Part shown: in pieces, positions 38,986-53,660 of the stretch | Layout of the letters: the number at the start of each line of letters is the position of its first letter | How positions within the stretch are numbered: position 1 is the first letter of the stretch | Source: Octopus sinensis | Taxonomy: Eukaryota | Length of the DNA stretch: 64,000 nt | Assembly (NCBI RefSeq): GCF_006345805.1 | Contig: NC_043001.1 | Span: 1,674,001-1,738,000, forward strand | Direction: 5' to 3' | The notes under the pieces: model-generated | Told to the model about the DNA's origin: nothing | Database searches by the model: none | The model's input: the letters and a program-made list of their open reading frames with translations, nothing else | Translations under genes and position numbers: made by a program

Positions 38986-38986
38986 G

Positions 38987-39054
<68 letters not shown>

Positions 39055-39299
39055 AATAATAATGGTATTTCTATTATATGCACAAAGCCTGAAATTTTGT
39101 GGTAGAATATGGTCGATCACCTCAGCTATAGAACTTGACTTTTAAATAATTTGTTGATTCAAGAAGAATGAAGTGCAAAGTTGACCTCAGTAAAATTTGA
39201 ACTCAGAGTGTAAAGTCGGAGGTAATGGCACTAACCATTTTGTCTGGTATGCTGAAAATTCTGCTGGCTTTCAGCCTTAATAATAATAATAATAATAAT

Positions 39300-39660
39300 A
39301 ATCATCATTATCATCGTTTAACGCCCGTTCTCCATGCTGGCATAGGTTGGACGGTTCGACCGGGGATCTGGGAAGCCAGAAGGCTGCACCAGGCTCCAGT
39401 CTTATCTGGCAATGTTTCTACAGCTGGATGCCCTTCCTAACACCAACCACTCCATGAGTGTAGTGGGTGCTTTTTACGTGCCACCTGCACTGGTGCCAGG
39501 CGAGGCTGGCAACGGCCACAGTCGGATTGGTGCATTTTACGTGCCACCAGCACGGAAGCCAGTCGAGGCGGCACTGGCATTGGCCACGATTCGGATAGTG
39601 CTTTTTACGTACCACCAGTCCAGGGGTCCTGGCATCCAGGTGCCAGTCATAGGATTGGTT
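39300..39660 (-). mobile_element. RTE 3'-UTR-only copy. Similar copies at about 2326-2555(-), 41370-41560(+), 51445-51630(-), 54930-55100(-), 57490-57720(-) and 58490-58700(+)
   Basis: Shared CATGCTRGCATGGGTTGGACGG...CTGGATGCCCTTCCTAAC sequence next to (CAT)n. Confidence 0.75.
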
Positions 39661-39726
39661 CAATAATAATAATAAAGATAATAATAGCAATAATAAAAAG
39701 AATAAGAATACCACCACAACCAGCAT

Positions 39727-40140
39727 GAGCTGGCAGAATCGTTAGCACGCTGGGCGAAATGCTTTGCGATATTTTGTCCGCCGCTGCGTTCTAAGTTCAA
39801 ATTCCGCCGAGGTCGACCTTGCCTTTCATCCTTTTGGGGTCAATAAATTAAGTACCAGTTACGCACTGGGGTCGATGTAATCGACTTAATACCTATGTCT
39901 GTCCTTGTTTGTTCCCTCTCTGTTTAGCCCCTTGTGGGTAATAAAAGAAATAGGTATTTCGCTTGCCGTTATGTTCTGAGCTCAAATTCCGCCGAGGTCA
40001 ACTTTGCCTTTCATCCTTTCAGGGTTGATTAAATAAGTACCAGTTACGCACTGGGGTCGATATAATTGACTTAATCTGTTTGTCTGTCCTTGTTTGTCCC
40101 CTCTGTGCGTAGCTCCTTGTGGGCAGTAAAGAAATAAGAA
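39727..40140 (+). mobile_element. Abundant SINE family (GAGCTGGCAGAA...GAGTTCAAATTCCGCCGAGGTCGAC), body tandemly duplicated here. Other copies at about 7690-8075, 11155-11700, 38760-39270, 40300-40950, 48470-48565, 54110-54310, 57890-58260, 60930-61330 and 61770-61930
   Basis: Recurrent GCCTTTCATCCTTT.GGGGT.GAT.AA.TAAGTACCAG motif on both strands. Confidence 0.75.
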
Positions 40141-41568
40141 TACCACCACCACCACCACCACCACCAACAACAACAACAATAGCAATAGCAATAATAATCT
40201 TTTATCTGTGATGGGTTGCCATGGCAAATAAATCCCAGAATATCAAGAACGGGAAGAAATAATTTAAAGCATTTCTCTTATCAGCTGGCTGTGTTATAAC
40301 TTCTAGTTTAAGCACAAATCTAGCTGTTTTGAGGGGAGGGGTATTAGCCAATATGATCACCCCAGTATTTGACTGGTACTCAATTTTATCAACACTAAAA
40401 GGATGAAAGGTAAAACTGACTCCAGTAGCATCTGAGCAGAGAACATAGGGATCCATAATGAAATACAGCAAACCATTTTGCCAAGTGCTGTATGATTTAA
40501 CGAATCCAGTAAATTAATAATGCTTTCAGCTTTGAGCACAAGGCCTGCAGCTTTTGGGGAATGGTTCACCTTGGTTACATTGATGACAGTGCTCAATTGG
40601 TAGTTATTTTATTGATGATGAAAGGATGTAAAGGTAAAATCAACCTTGGCTGAATTTGAACTCAGAACATAAAGATGGACAGAATGCCACTGACCATTTT
40701 GCCAGGCATGCTGATGGTTCTGGCAGCTCAATGCCTCAATAGTAATAATAATGGTTTTAAATTTTGGCAGAAAACCAGCAATTTATGGGGAAAGGGCTAA
40801 TGGATTACTTTGACCCCTGGGCTTGACTGGTACTTATGTTACTGACCCAGTAAAGATGAAAGGCAAAATCAACCTTAGCTGAATTTGAATTCAGACTGTA
40901 AAGATGGACAGAATGCCACTAACCATTTGGCCAGACATGCTGATGGTTCTACTCGTTTGTTGTATAAAGATGCTGATGATAACAATAATTCTAATAATAA
41001 GCACTGTCCATTTACTCGTTACAACTGCCCATATATATGATTCAAAGATATTATGCAATTGGTTTTTAGAGGTGGAGGTGTATGTATTCACACAGAACAC
41101 CATTTAGTGCTAAAAACTAACACAGCATGAAAAACTGATAAAAAATCATTAGCAATATGAAAGAAATACTCTTGTGAAGGGCCGGGGTCTCTTGCATCTG
41201 GAGCTTCAGGTAATATCAACAATTCAAACAATTTGCAAATTCAGAAGTAATCTATCAAAAATTAGGAATAAAGAACTTCATACTTTCTATGTTCCTATCA
41301 CTTATTTTCCATATAAATTTCTGTTCTTATTTCAACCCAGCAGAATGGGAAAGTATGAAGACATTAAAATGCAACCAGGTAAAAAGCACCCAGAACACTT
41401 GGTAAAGTGGTTGACATTAGGAAGGGCATCCAACCATAGAAACCAGGATCCTTGGTAGATCTCTGGTTTGCCAGCTCCTGTTGAACTGTCCAACCCATGC
41501 CAGCATGGAAAGCGGACATTAAATGATGATGATGATGACGGCGACGATGACAATGATGATCATGATTA

Positions 41569-41599
<31 letters not shown>

Positions 41600-41601
<2 letters not shown>

Positions 41602-42300
41602 GTTGAGTGAGAGAGCAGCACATGCCATCAAAGGGACACTGGGGTAAAATACATGAAGCCCAGTATCCATCATGACTACCCGTCTAGTAAGGGTACACTA
41701 GGCACATTATCATCATCATTTTTATTATTATTATTATTACTGAGTGAGAGAGCAGTGTATGCCATCAAAGTGACACTGGGGTAAAATATACAAAGCCCAG
41801 TATACCCATCATAACTACCTGTCTGGTAAGGGTACACCAGGCACATGCATCACAACCATATGTGCATGACAAAGTGATCTCATATCAAGATACACGGAGC
41901 ATGCCCTTGCAGGTGGGGCCCAGTTAGAGTTTCCTTTAGGTCAAGTAGCCCATCCTGCTTAAAAGGTTCCTGAATAAGGTTTTTTTTAAGGATGTCAAAC
42001 AAAGCACTCATGTTTCCAGAGGTGAATTATTCAAACACCAAAGAATTCCTCTCAACACATGGCTATGATGCTCCCCCACTACTTCTGCTTGTGATCAGAG
42101 ATGCACATATTGTCAACCACGATGGGACATGGTCAATTGGCTAAGATCAAACGACTGACAAGCAAATCTGTAATATTGAGCAGAATATTTACTGTGGCCC
42201 ATCTTTCATACCAAGACAAAACAATGTACATAATAACACTTCCAATCTGTTAAGATCAGAAGCCATGAGAGCCACTGCCTGGTACTGCATCAGGGCAATC
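41600..42300 (-). mobile_element. Non-coding interspersed repeat (LINE-associated, class uncertain) with a ~110-bp end duplication
   Basis: 41600-41710 is repeated at 41740-41850, each copy next to (ATT)n. Confidence 0.45.
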
Positions 42301-42404
42301 ATCATCATCATCATCATCGTCATCATCATCTTCGTCGTCGTCGTCATAACACAGTGTAGGTTAAAATGCATTGGAGTCTTTAGTCATCTGTCAAGTCACA
42401 ACAA

Positions 42405-42990
42405 GGACCTCTGACAGATAATATTCTCCTTAAGATGTATGCTGTACCCAATAAGGCTGCTTTTTGCAAGACATTTCAAGGGATTTCCAGTTGCTTTAAG
42501 AAGTCTTGAAGTTTCAGTGGGGTTGAGCCCAATGCTCTGATCACCACTGGTATCACTTTTACATTACTCTCCCGCATTCCATACAGTCTTGCCATTTCCA
42601 CTTTCAATTCATAGAATTTGGTGATTTTTCCAACCTCTTTACTCACAACATTCATGTCATTTGGTATGGCTACATCAATGATTGACAGTATTTGTCTCTC
42701 TTATTCAATATGACAGTATCCAGCTGCTGGTGTTCGATTACACGATCTGCCTGCAAATCATAGTCCCAGAGTATCATTACTTTTCCACCCTCCTGCATAA
42801 CTTTACTTGGTACATGCTCATACCAGTTCTCTGTTACTTCATATTAGTATTTAAGGCAGAAGAGCCAATGAAGATACACACACACTTTATCATGGTGGTG
42901 CTTGTGTTCTTTTTTGTGCTAGGCTCTCACAACCACTTATGAAGTGAGTCACATTTTCCATACTCTTTCCACAGAATCTGCATTTCTGGG
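42405..42990 (-). mobile_element. R4/Dong-like LINE REL-endonuclease fragment
   Basis: HDKVCVYLHW, WYEHVP, ILWDYDLQADRVIEH, IDVAIPND, VIPVVI.ALG, LQKAALLGTAYILRR. Confidence 0.75.
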
Positions 42991-43134
42991 TGTCAGAAAT
43001 TTTATAGATGTTATACTTCACTGAATTGGTAGTAAAAGCCTGGTCTTGAGCAGCGATGATCAGGCTTTTGGTGGTACACTACAATCACCTCTTTCAAACC
43101 CTGCCTACAATCCTGTATTATTATTATTATTACG

Positions 43135-43172
<38 letters not shown>

Positions 43173-43559
43173 CATTAAAAAATTAAAACTGAATACAAAA
43201 AAAACCAATTAGATAAGTAGTGCAGTTAGAATGTAGTTATGATCTGAGAAGTGGTGTTGTTAGACTGGATATGGACAACTATATTATCCATGCAGTTGCA
43301 ATGGTTGTAAAAACTACAATAAAAGTCTTGTGTTACCCAAGCTTGAAACAACAGCTGTTACCAAGGCACTTTGTGCCGTAAAGTGTTAACTAATAAAGAA
43401 TGCAATTATCTCTCCTATTTTGAATGCAAAACAAGTAATTTTGTTCATTACCCCCACCAAAAAATAAATAAATAAATAACAAGCTCACAAAATAATGTTA
43501 TAAATGATGCCTGTTGAGAATCATCATCTGTTTGTTTAAATGTTCTTTGCACAAATAAT

Positions 43560-44335
43560 TTGAAATTAAGACTAATGATAGCAGGTCCATCTTAGGAAAT
43601 CCATCAATTTGGTATATTTCTAGATATAAAAGAGAAACTGTATTTGAAAACAATGCAGTGCTGTATTGGAGATGTGAAATTAACCTTTCATGTACAGCAA
43701 ATGTAGAAACCACAAGAGTTTCAACTGGTGTGGTTAACATGTATAAAAATATGCTGCATAAATATGGAATAGAAGCAATGCATTTTTTGGTTTAAGAAAT
43801 GCTCCATGAAATCTGAGGAAAAGAATTTATAATTGAAGGATTTCAATTTATTCTCAAAAATATCATACATTTGTACTCGACAACATACATCAAAAATTTG
43901 GAGCAGCTTCATCAATGTGAACAAATGTAGCCACAAGATAAGCAGGTTTAATAATGGAACAGCCATAAGAACCAATGTATCCCCAACATAGGCAAATTTG
44001 ATAAAAGGTTGTCTTGAGTTAAAAATATATGAAAGATCTAGAAACATTTATTATTTGAAAGAAAATTGGTAAGAATATTTATAAGATTGTTTTACTGTGT
44101 AAATAAAAGTTTAGATAAACTTTCCAATTTTAAAATACTCATAAATTAATAGTATTCTGTATATTATGATGTGTAGCAAGACTAAATTACTCATTTTAGG
44201 TCTATTTGCTATAGAAAACTTGAATAGAATCGATACAGCTGTACATCATAAACCAACAGATTTGAAGTAATATTTACTTTTTGCTTCATACGATCCCAAA
44301 CATCAATATTCCATCAATATTTCATTCAATCTTCC
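43560..44335 (+). pseudogene. Penelope-like element RT remnant, heavily decayed
   Basis: Ordered motifs KLRLMIAGPS, VVNMYKN..HKYGIEA, KEFIIEGFQFILKN, GTAIRTNVSPT*ANL..G.LE, W*EYL*DCF, HKPTDLK*YL.F.S..PKH, FNLPRRI. Confidence 0.75.
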
Positions 44336-45069
44336 TAGAAGAATATGAAAAATTGTATCAATGCTAAGTCCTTGAAAGAAAAAAATAAACGAAGTAAAAA
44401 ATATTTTCACTGAAAGATGTTATTCACTGTCAGCAAGTGACAATGGATTAGAGGGGGAGACAGACTTAAATGTCATCAGTGATTTATGATACTTTTCAAA
44501 ATGTGTAAAATGTAAAGCAAAACAAATGTTTTCTGTCCCATAAGCCTTTTTGTGGCACCAACACTAAAGAGGTTGCCATATTCATTAATCCATCCAATGA
44601 TGGCACTATTTAGCAGCTTTCCATCATGTGATAGCACAAAAAAAAGTGAAGTGTTCTATAGAAAAGAAATTTAAAAGAAACGCAGTAAGCTAAGATGTGT
44701 AGACAAAGAAAAAGGAGGGAAAATGAGAAACAGTACAATTAGAGAAGGATGAGAGAAGTTCAAGTGTAAGTGGAGGGAGAAGTCATAAACATAGGACATG
44801 TGCATTTAATGAGTGTGCGTGTGTATGTGCATGTATGAGTTCATGTTGTGTGCATATATGTACATGCATGCATCTGTGTATATATATGCATGTGTACATG
44901 TGTATGTGTGGGTGTCTGTTTTCCATAGGCCTTTATATTGCCATTGCTTTAACGATGGTGCAACTATATGCATCTCTTCAGAGTAATATGTCACATTGCT
45001 TGGTGGTTTCATTGGTTCTGTGTGAAAACCATTTCCCTCCCCCTATTCCTCCTCCCCATTCTCACTCCA

Positions 45070-48000
45070 CCAAAATCTGCAGCACACACCACCTCGACAG
45101 CACAAAAGTGCAGCAAGACCAAAAAATAATGGAGGTGATGACGTTGGGGATGAATGTTACCTTACCTCAGTTTATGAGAGACAGGAGTTTCCATAGAAAC
45201 TCTGGTTGTAACATTAAAAATGAGGCTGGATCTTTAAGGAAAGGCCTCTCACTTAGCAGTGGTTCAATAAAGATGCAGACTAACCACAGCTGTCATCCTA
45301 ATACAGCATTTGCAGATAATAGAGTAAAGGAGAGGAAGGAGTGGACCAGTGATGGAAAACAGAATAGTGATGCAGTGCTACTTAGAAAGTGAACCTAAAA
45401 GAAGGGGCCATACAAAACAGATGTGAACACTTTGGGTAGAGTAGGGTATATTTAAAGTGAGGGAGCAGAGATTAGGGGCCATACAAAACAGATGTGAACA
45501 CTTTGGGTAGAGTAGGGTATATTTAAAGTGAGGGAGCAGAGATTAGTTGATCAAGCTAATGCTATTTGGAGAAGAAAGTGGATGACCGAAGTGGGGGCAG
45601 AAGAGACCACAAGAGAACTGGAAATGAAAGACCAGGCAGTGGGAAAGACAAACAACTACATAAGCGATACAGCTCAAACCAAAGAAGGAGCTAAAGGAAA
45701 AAATAATGGTAGTGCTACCAATAAGGAAGACACAAATGGCATCAAGGACTTTAGAGATTTAAGTGAAGAAGATTAGAAGCTTTTAGATGAGTAAAGAAGT
45801 AAGAAAAAGATTGCTAATATTAAAAGGTACCAACAGAAGGAAGCTGCTAGATATGACTAGGGAAGCAGATTCTATTAGCGGTAGGATTGATTCTAAAAAT
45901 ATAGGAGACACTAACTTATTGATGTATGCAGGAGGGGCAGAAGTTACTAAAAGATTAAATATTCCACTGGGAAAGATTAAAAAGAGCAAATGTAGAAAAG
46001 GAGATTACAAAATAAAGTGAAAACTTTAAGACAAGATCTGACTAGAAGAGAAGTCTAGAAACTGAACAAATTAGGAAACACAAGATGCAAATCTTCTCTT
46101 GAGAAAAGACACTTAGTGAAAGAGAAAGGATTTAGGACAGTCAATGAAGAGTTGAAACAGCATACCATAGCAGTAGCAAGCAAGCTTTCCAGATATCAGA
46201 AAAAAATAGATCAGTATCAGCAGAATAGATTACTTGAGACAGACCAGAGGAGATTTTATAACCAAATAATTAGTGGAGAAGAAAGTACTTCTGATGAGAA
46301 ACCTAATGCAGAAGAGGCTAGAAAGTTCTGGAGTAATATCTGGGATAAGTCATTCAATCATAATAGAGATGCAGCATGATTAAAGAAAGTGGGGGAAGAA
46401 GTAGTGAGTGAGAAGCAACCAGATCTAAGATTAACTAGCGCATTAATAAGTGTTAGGAAAAATGTCAGATTGGAAGGGCCCAGCACCAGATTTAGTTCAA
46501 GGGTACTGGCTAAAGAAATTTAGTAGCTTACATGGGAGGCTGAGGGGACAACTTCAGGATTGCCTTAATGGAAGACTAGAGGGAGAACAATACTCCTTAT
46601 GAAATATAAAAACAAGGGTAATACAGCTAGCAACTACAGACCAATCACTTGATTACCACTAATGTGGAAGTTGTTAACTGGAATGCTTTCAGAAAGCATT
46701 TACACACACCTTGACAATCAAAATTTACTGTCAGAAGAACAGAAAGGTTGCAGGAAGAAGGCTAGAAGAATGCTTGATCTATTTATTATACATAGATAAA
46801 GCAGTTCTAAATGAAGTAAAAGCTAGAAAGAAAGATTATTGGAAAGCTTATAGCATACAACATAACAGAATTAATTTGCTTTAGCATGAAGAAATGGAAA
46901 GTAGATCTCTACTTAGGTGATACACACTTAGGGAAAGTTAATATCAAAAGAGGAATTTTCCAGGGGGACTTGTTATCCCCTTTAGTATTTGTTGTACGTT
47001 TCATCCCCCTCACTTTAGTATTAAGGAAGGCGAAGGCATGGAATCAGTTCAGAAATAGTAAGGGAAATATTAACCATTTGCTCTACATGGATGATCTGAA
47101 GCTTTTTAGTTAGAATGAAAAAGAAATAGATTCCTTAATACAGACTGCAAGACTCTTGAGCAAAGATATGGGCATGGAATTTGGCAGAGATAAGTGTGTA
47201 ATATTAATCATGAAAAGGAGACAGGTAGTCAACAGTGAAGGCATCCTGTTACCAGATGGTCAGACATTAAAAGCATTGAAAGGTAGAGAGCATTATAAGT
47301 ATCTAGGAGTATTAGAATCTGATAGAGTATTAATTACAGAAATGAAAATTGAGAAGGAGTACATAAGAAGGGTGAGGAAGCTAATGAAGTTAAAGCTAAA
47401 TGGTCTGAATCTAATGAAGGCTGTAAATACTTGAGCAATATCATTATTTAGATACTCAGCAGCTTTTGTAGACTGGACAAAATCTAAAGAACTAGGAAAG
47501 AATTCAATATGAATGGAGGACTCCACCCGAGAGCAGGAGTAGCACATTTATACTTACCTAGAAAGGAAGGTGGCATAGGGTTGATATTAGTAGAAGACTG
47601 CGTGGAGTTAGCTAGAATAGATATAAAAGCTGCTAGAATCACAGCAAGACCAAAAATCCAAACGAAGTTAAAAACCAGAAAATAGAAGAGGGATTATCTG
47701 ACTGACAGAAGGTGTTGCATTGTAGATTCCCAAAGACAGTTGTAGCAAATAGCAATAGTGAGACATGGTTATGGCTGTGGAAATAAAAGTTGACAAAGGA
47801 GATGGAAAGTTTTAGTAGCAGCACAAGATCAAGCATTAAGGACTAATTGAATAAAGTCCAAGATAGAGAAAAACCAAGTAGATTCCCATTGTTGATTATG
47901 CAAATCAAAAGAGGAAAATATAACTCATATAGTAAGTGAATGTAGCATGCTGACACAGAAAGAATACAAGAAAAGACATGACAATCTAGGAAAAGCAATT

Positions 48001-48460
48001 CAGTGGAAGCTCTGTAGAAAGCTAGGATATGAATATACTCATAAATGGTATGAACATGAACCTAGTAAAGTACTAGAAAGTAAGAAATATAAAGTGGTGT
48101 GGGACTTTAACATTCAGACTGATTTAGTACTAGTAGATAAAGAAAATAGAAAATGCCTGATAATTGACTTTACAATCCCAGATGATGAGGAAATCAATAT
48201 GAGAGGTATAGAAAAACGAGCAAAGTACCAGGATTTAGCCACTGAATTACGGAGACTATGGAAGGTGCAGGTAAAATGTATCCCAGTAGTTATAGGTGTA
48301 TTAGGAACTATCTCTAAAGATCTGAACAGATGGATAGTGGAAACAGGCATAAAAGCCAGTTAAGTACAGCTGCAGAAAACAGTGTTATTAGGGACAGCTA
48401 GGATACTTAGGAGGGTTCTTGGCATCTAAGGTTAGTTGCTGTAACCTAATGTTAAGAAAT
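45070..48460 (+). mobile_element. Near full-length but disrupted R4/Dong-like non-LTR retrotransposon (RT + CCHC + REL endonuclease)
   Basis: N-terminal MENRIVMQCYLESEP. RT motifs NYRPI, IFQGDLLSP, LYMDDLKLF. YKKRHDN. REL motifs DLVLVDK..CLIIDFTIP..EK..KYQDL, IPVVIGVLG. Many stops and frameshifts; 5' boundary approximate. Confidence 0.85.
45404..45545 (+). repeat. Perfect 71-bp tandem duplication inside the LINE
   Basis: 45404-45474 is identical to 45475-45545. Confidence 0.95.
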
Positions 48461-48584
48461 TTTCTTTTCCAAAGTTGGCCTCAGGGGAATTTGAACTTAG
48501 AGCATTAAGATGGATGAAATCCCACTAAGCATTTTGCCTGGCATGTTAACAATTCAGCCTGCTTGCCACTTTGATAATAATAAT

Positions 48585-49030
48585 AATGATAATTTCATCA
48601 CAGAACAATTTAATGCATTGATCAATGGAAAAGATGAAATCCTGGGCTGGTTGACAAAAGGACAAATGGTGTTGTGCCTGAAGGATGCATCAAAAGGAAA
48701 TGCTGCTGACAATTACAGACCAATTTCCTGCCTCCCATTAATGTGGAAGTTACTGTCAGGAGGAATTTCTAAAGAACTATATAATTTCTTGATGAAAATG
48801 ATATATTACTGCCAGAACAGAGAGGCTGTAGAAAGGGATGCAGAGGTACCAAAGATCAGCTGTTGATAGACAAAATGGTAATGCAAGATTGTAACTGAAG
48901 GAGAACAAATCTGGGAATAGCCTGGATTGACTATTGCAAAGCTTATAATATGATTCCACTTTCGTGGATCATCAAGTACTTAGATCTGTTTGGAATTGCA
49001 AGGAATGTAACGTGTTTCCTGAAGAGATCC
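48585..49030 (+). mobile_element. R4/Dong-like LINE RT N-terminal fragment
   Basis: WLTKGQMVL..KD.SKG..ADNYRPISCLPLMWKLLSG, then after a frameshift [18 protein letters not shown] and AWIDY. Confidence 0.8.
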
Positions 49031-49034
49031 TCTG

Positions 49035-51400
49035 GAAACACCTGATTGGTTAGTAAGAGGTATTATTTACCTACTCCTGAAGAATATTAATACCAAATTT
49101 CCCCAAAACTATCGGCCCATAACATGTCTACCTAACACATATAAAATTTTAACATCTATCCTCATGGAGAAAACATAAATTTATGGAACAGAACAATATT
49201 TTCCCCGCTGAACAAAAAGGGCGCTAACGAGGCTCATATGGCTGCAAAAACCAACTCTTAATCAATTGCATGATCCTTGAGAACTGTCATAACAAATGCA
49301 GAAATCTCTGTTCTGCATGGATTGATTATAAAAAAAGGCCTTCGACAGAATACCACATTCATGGATCTTGAAATTGCTGGATATCTTCAAAATTTCTCTC
49401 ATGATTTCAAACTTCCTGAAGCACAACATGCTAGTGTGGAATACGAATCTCCAATTATATCACTCTAATGAAGTAGTGACCACAATTAATATTCATGTCA
49501 ACTGCATCATTTTCCAAGGTGACTCACTTTCACCTTTAATTTTCTGCATAACTCTAATACTCCTTACAAGTGAACTTAACAGCAGGACAGGGTATGGATA
49601 TAAAATTAGCAGCAAGAAAATAAGTCATCTGTTTTCTATGGATGACTTAAAACTCCATGGCAAAGATGATAATGAGCTTGAAAGACTACTACATACCATG
49701 AAAGCATTCAGTGATGACACTGGGATGGAATTAGGCCTTGATAAATGTGCCAAGGCCACTTTCCAGAAAGAGAAACTGAAGACCTCACTTACAGTGGTGT
49801 TGGAAGCTGACACAATCATAAAAGAACTCGAGCAGGAACAAACTTACGAATACCTCAGAATAAATGAGGGCTCTGGCATTCAACATGGAAGTATGAAAGA
49901 GAAGATCAGGAAGGAGTGTGACAGGAGAGTTCGAGCAGTCTTAAAATCTGAGTTAACTGCATGTAACAAGGCATTAGATATGAATTCCTTATCATTTCTG
50001 ACTGTTGTATACAGTTTGAATGTGTTGAACTGGAATATGAGCGAAAATAGGGAAGGTTGACAGGGAAATCCATAAGCTGCTGACTTGCAATGAGATGCAC
50101 CATGCAAAGGCAGACGCAGATCGTCTTTAGCTACCCAGAGCTGAAGGAGGTCGAGGCTTGATCCAATTTGAAATCTCCTTCAGAACCACCACAATCTGGG
50201 CTGGTAAAATATCTTGAAACATCTAACAACTGGATGCTAAGGCTTGTTGAAAACCATGAAGGACATAAGAAGCTTCATTCTGTTATGAAGGAGAGCAAAA
50301 TATTTCAAGTGAGTTTATGCATAATACCCAGGGTGAATAGCAGCATGATGGAAGTGCAACAATTGTAGTTGCAAAGAAGGTGCAATCAAAGCAAAGCAAA
50401 ATGTGTTTGAATAATTGACTGATAGGTGGGAACAAAAACCTCTGCATGGCAAATATGTGGCCCATAGCAAACAAGGTGATGTAGACCAGAAGCACACCCA
50501 TCAGTGGCTACGGAGCTCAGGGCTAAAGGTAGAGTGTGAAGGCTTTATCTTGGCTGTCCAAGATCAGAGCTTATTGACCCAGAACTATCAAGCCAATTTG
50601 ATGAAAAATGGTGTAGACCCAAAGTGCCAATACTGCAACAATGGGATAGAAACAGTAGACCACCTAATCTCTGGGTGTAAGTACAAATCAAGACATGACA
50701 GAGTTGGTCAATATCTACATTGGATAATGTATCAGCATTATAAAATCAAAACTGCTGATAAATGGTACAAGCACCACCCTAAGGCTGTAACTGAAGGAGA
50801 AAATGTAATGATTCTTTGGGATTTCGCAGTATGTACAAACTGGACCATCAAGGCAAAGAAACCAGATATTGTTGTGGATGACCAAAAGCAATAAAGTTTG
50901 TTTATGATTGACTTGAGCGAACCCTGTGACCATAATATCTTGGCAAAAGAATTTGATAAGCTCAGAAAATATAAAGATCTGCTAATCAAAATAGAAAAGA
51001 TATGGCATCTCAAGGTGGTTACAATACCAGTGATTGTAGGAACACTTGGAATGATTAAAAAAGGAATTGAAAATTATTTGAGGATAATCCTTGGCTTACC
51101 ATCCATGCAGGAAGTGCAAAAGATTGTCTTAACTGGTTACACACATTGAGAAGAGCATTGTTCCTGTGAGTTTTCTTTCTCTCCCCATCCTTTTTTTTAT
51201 TTGTTTACTTTTCTATTTTTTATTTTTCCCTTTTCTCTCTGTCTTTCCCTTTTCTCTATCACCTGACTCTGTAACTGAACAATGTGGTGTGTTTGTTTTA
51301 ATAGCCTACGAGTATGCTTCTCTGCTCTAGGTGTCAGGAAGACACTTGGCAAGGAATGGAAACAGAACTGAAAGAAGATGCTAATGAAAGTGATAGTAAT
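49035..51400 (+). mobile_element. R4/Dong-like LINE, 5'-truncated, with 3' UTR
   Basis: NYRPITCL, IFQGDSLSPLIF, SMDDLKL, KPLHGKY, KCQYC..ETVDHLISGC, KPDIVV, EFDKLRKYKDL, IPVIVGTLG. (TAA)n-like tract follows at about 51397. Confidence 0.85.
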
Positions 51401-51673
51401 AATGATAATAATAACAATAATAATAATAATAATAATCATCATCATCATCATCATCATCATCATTTAGCGTCTGCTTTCCATGCTAGCATGGGTTGGACGG
51501 TTCAACTGGGGTCTGTGAAGCCAGAAGGCTGCATCAGGCCCAGTCTGATCTGGCAGTGTTTCTACGGCTGGATGCCCTTCCTAACGCCAACCACTCCGTG
51601 AGTGTAGTGGGTGCTTTTTACGTGCCACCCGCAATAATAATAATAATAATAATGATAATAATAATAATAATGA

Positions 51674-51704
<31 letters not shown>

Positions 51705-52291
51705 AAGAACAACAACAACAACACCTGAGCTGTACTTAGAAAATAAATAAGTATTAATGATATTAATGGTGTTTGGGTGTAGACCACTGGCTCAGTAAGT
51801 CTTGTTCACCTCATGCCATCATGGTAAAAACATTGCACATAATATCAACCATGATAATTATGATAATGATGACGATACCTGTTTGTGAGTGTGTGCGTGT
51901 TTGTGTCCATGTGCTTATGTGTGTGTATGTGTGCATGTGCACATTCACACACACACAACACACACAAACAGACACACACACACATAGTGTAAGTATCCAG
52001 GGTAAATCCCAACTGTTTCCCCTTGATGCACATCTACTTATTCTTACAATTCAATATGTAGTCTCAGTTGCTGCTGTCAGAATACACATTGCAGTTGAGA
52101 ATTGTGAAAATAATATTCGTAATGCATCTGAATAAAAGAATTGGCAATTGGGATCTTTCTCATTTGGGATTATTTATTCACCATTACACATGTTCCATTT
52201 GCCAGTAGGAATTACAGAGTTTTACATGTTGGATTGACATTTTAGGAATGGTGATAAATGTTGCCAAAAGTATTTCCAATTGCCTGGTTTG

Positions 52292-52335
<44 letters not shown>

Positions 52336-52450
52336 GTGTTTGAGTGTTTGTGTTTGTGTATGCATGTGTAAACATGTATATTTGTATGCATGTATATACG
52401 TATATATAAATATATATTTGTGGGTATATGCCTAAGCACATGTTTATATA

Positions 52451-52502
<52 letters not shown>

Positions 52503-52739
52503 TATGTATATATATGTAATTCTCATAACCCCACATGCACATTGGTTTTGTTCCCCCTCAACAGTCACCTATCTTCACTTGCTCCAGTTTGCCTGACTTA
52601 ACTAAAAATCAGTGTTCATTCCTAATTCGCGGTTGAACGGTTAGTAGAAGAAAGAGCGCTCAGCTGTAAAACAATTGTTCCAACTATAAACATCCTCACC
52701 TACAGAAAGAAAGATGGAAAACTGAAAAAAATAATGGTT

Positions 52740-53660
<921 letters not shown>

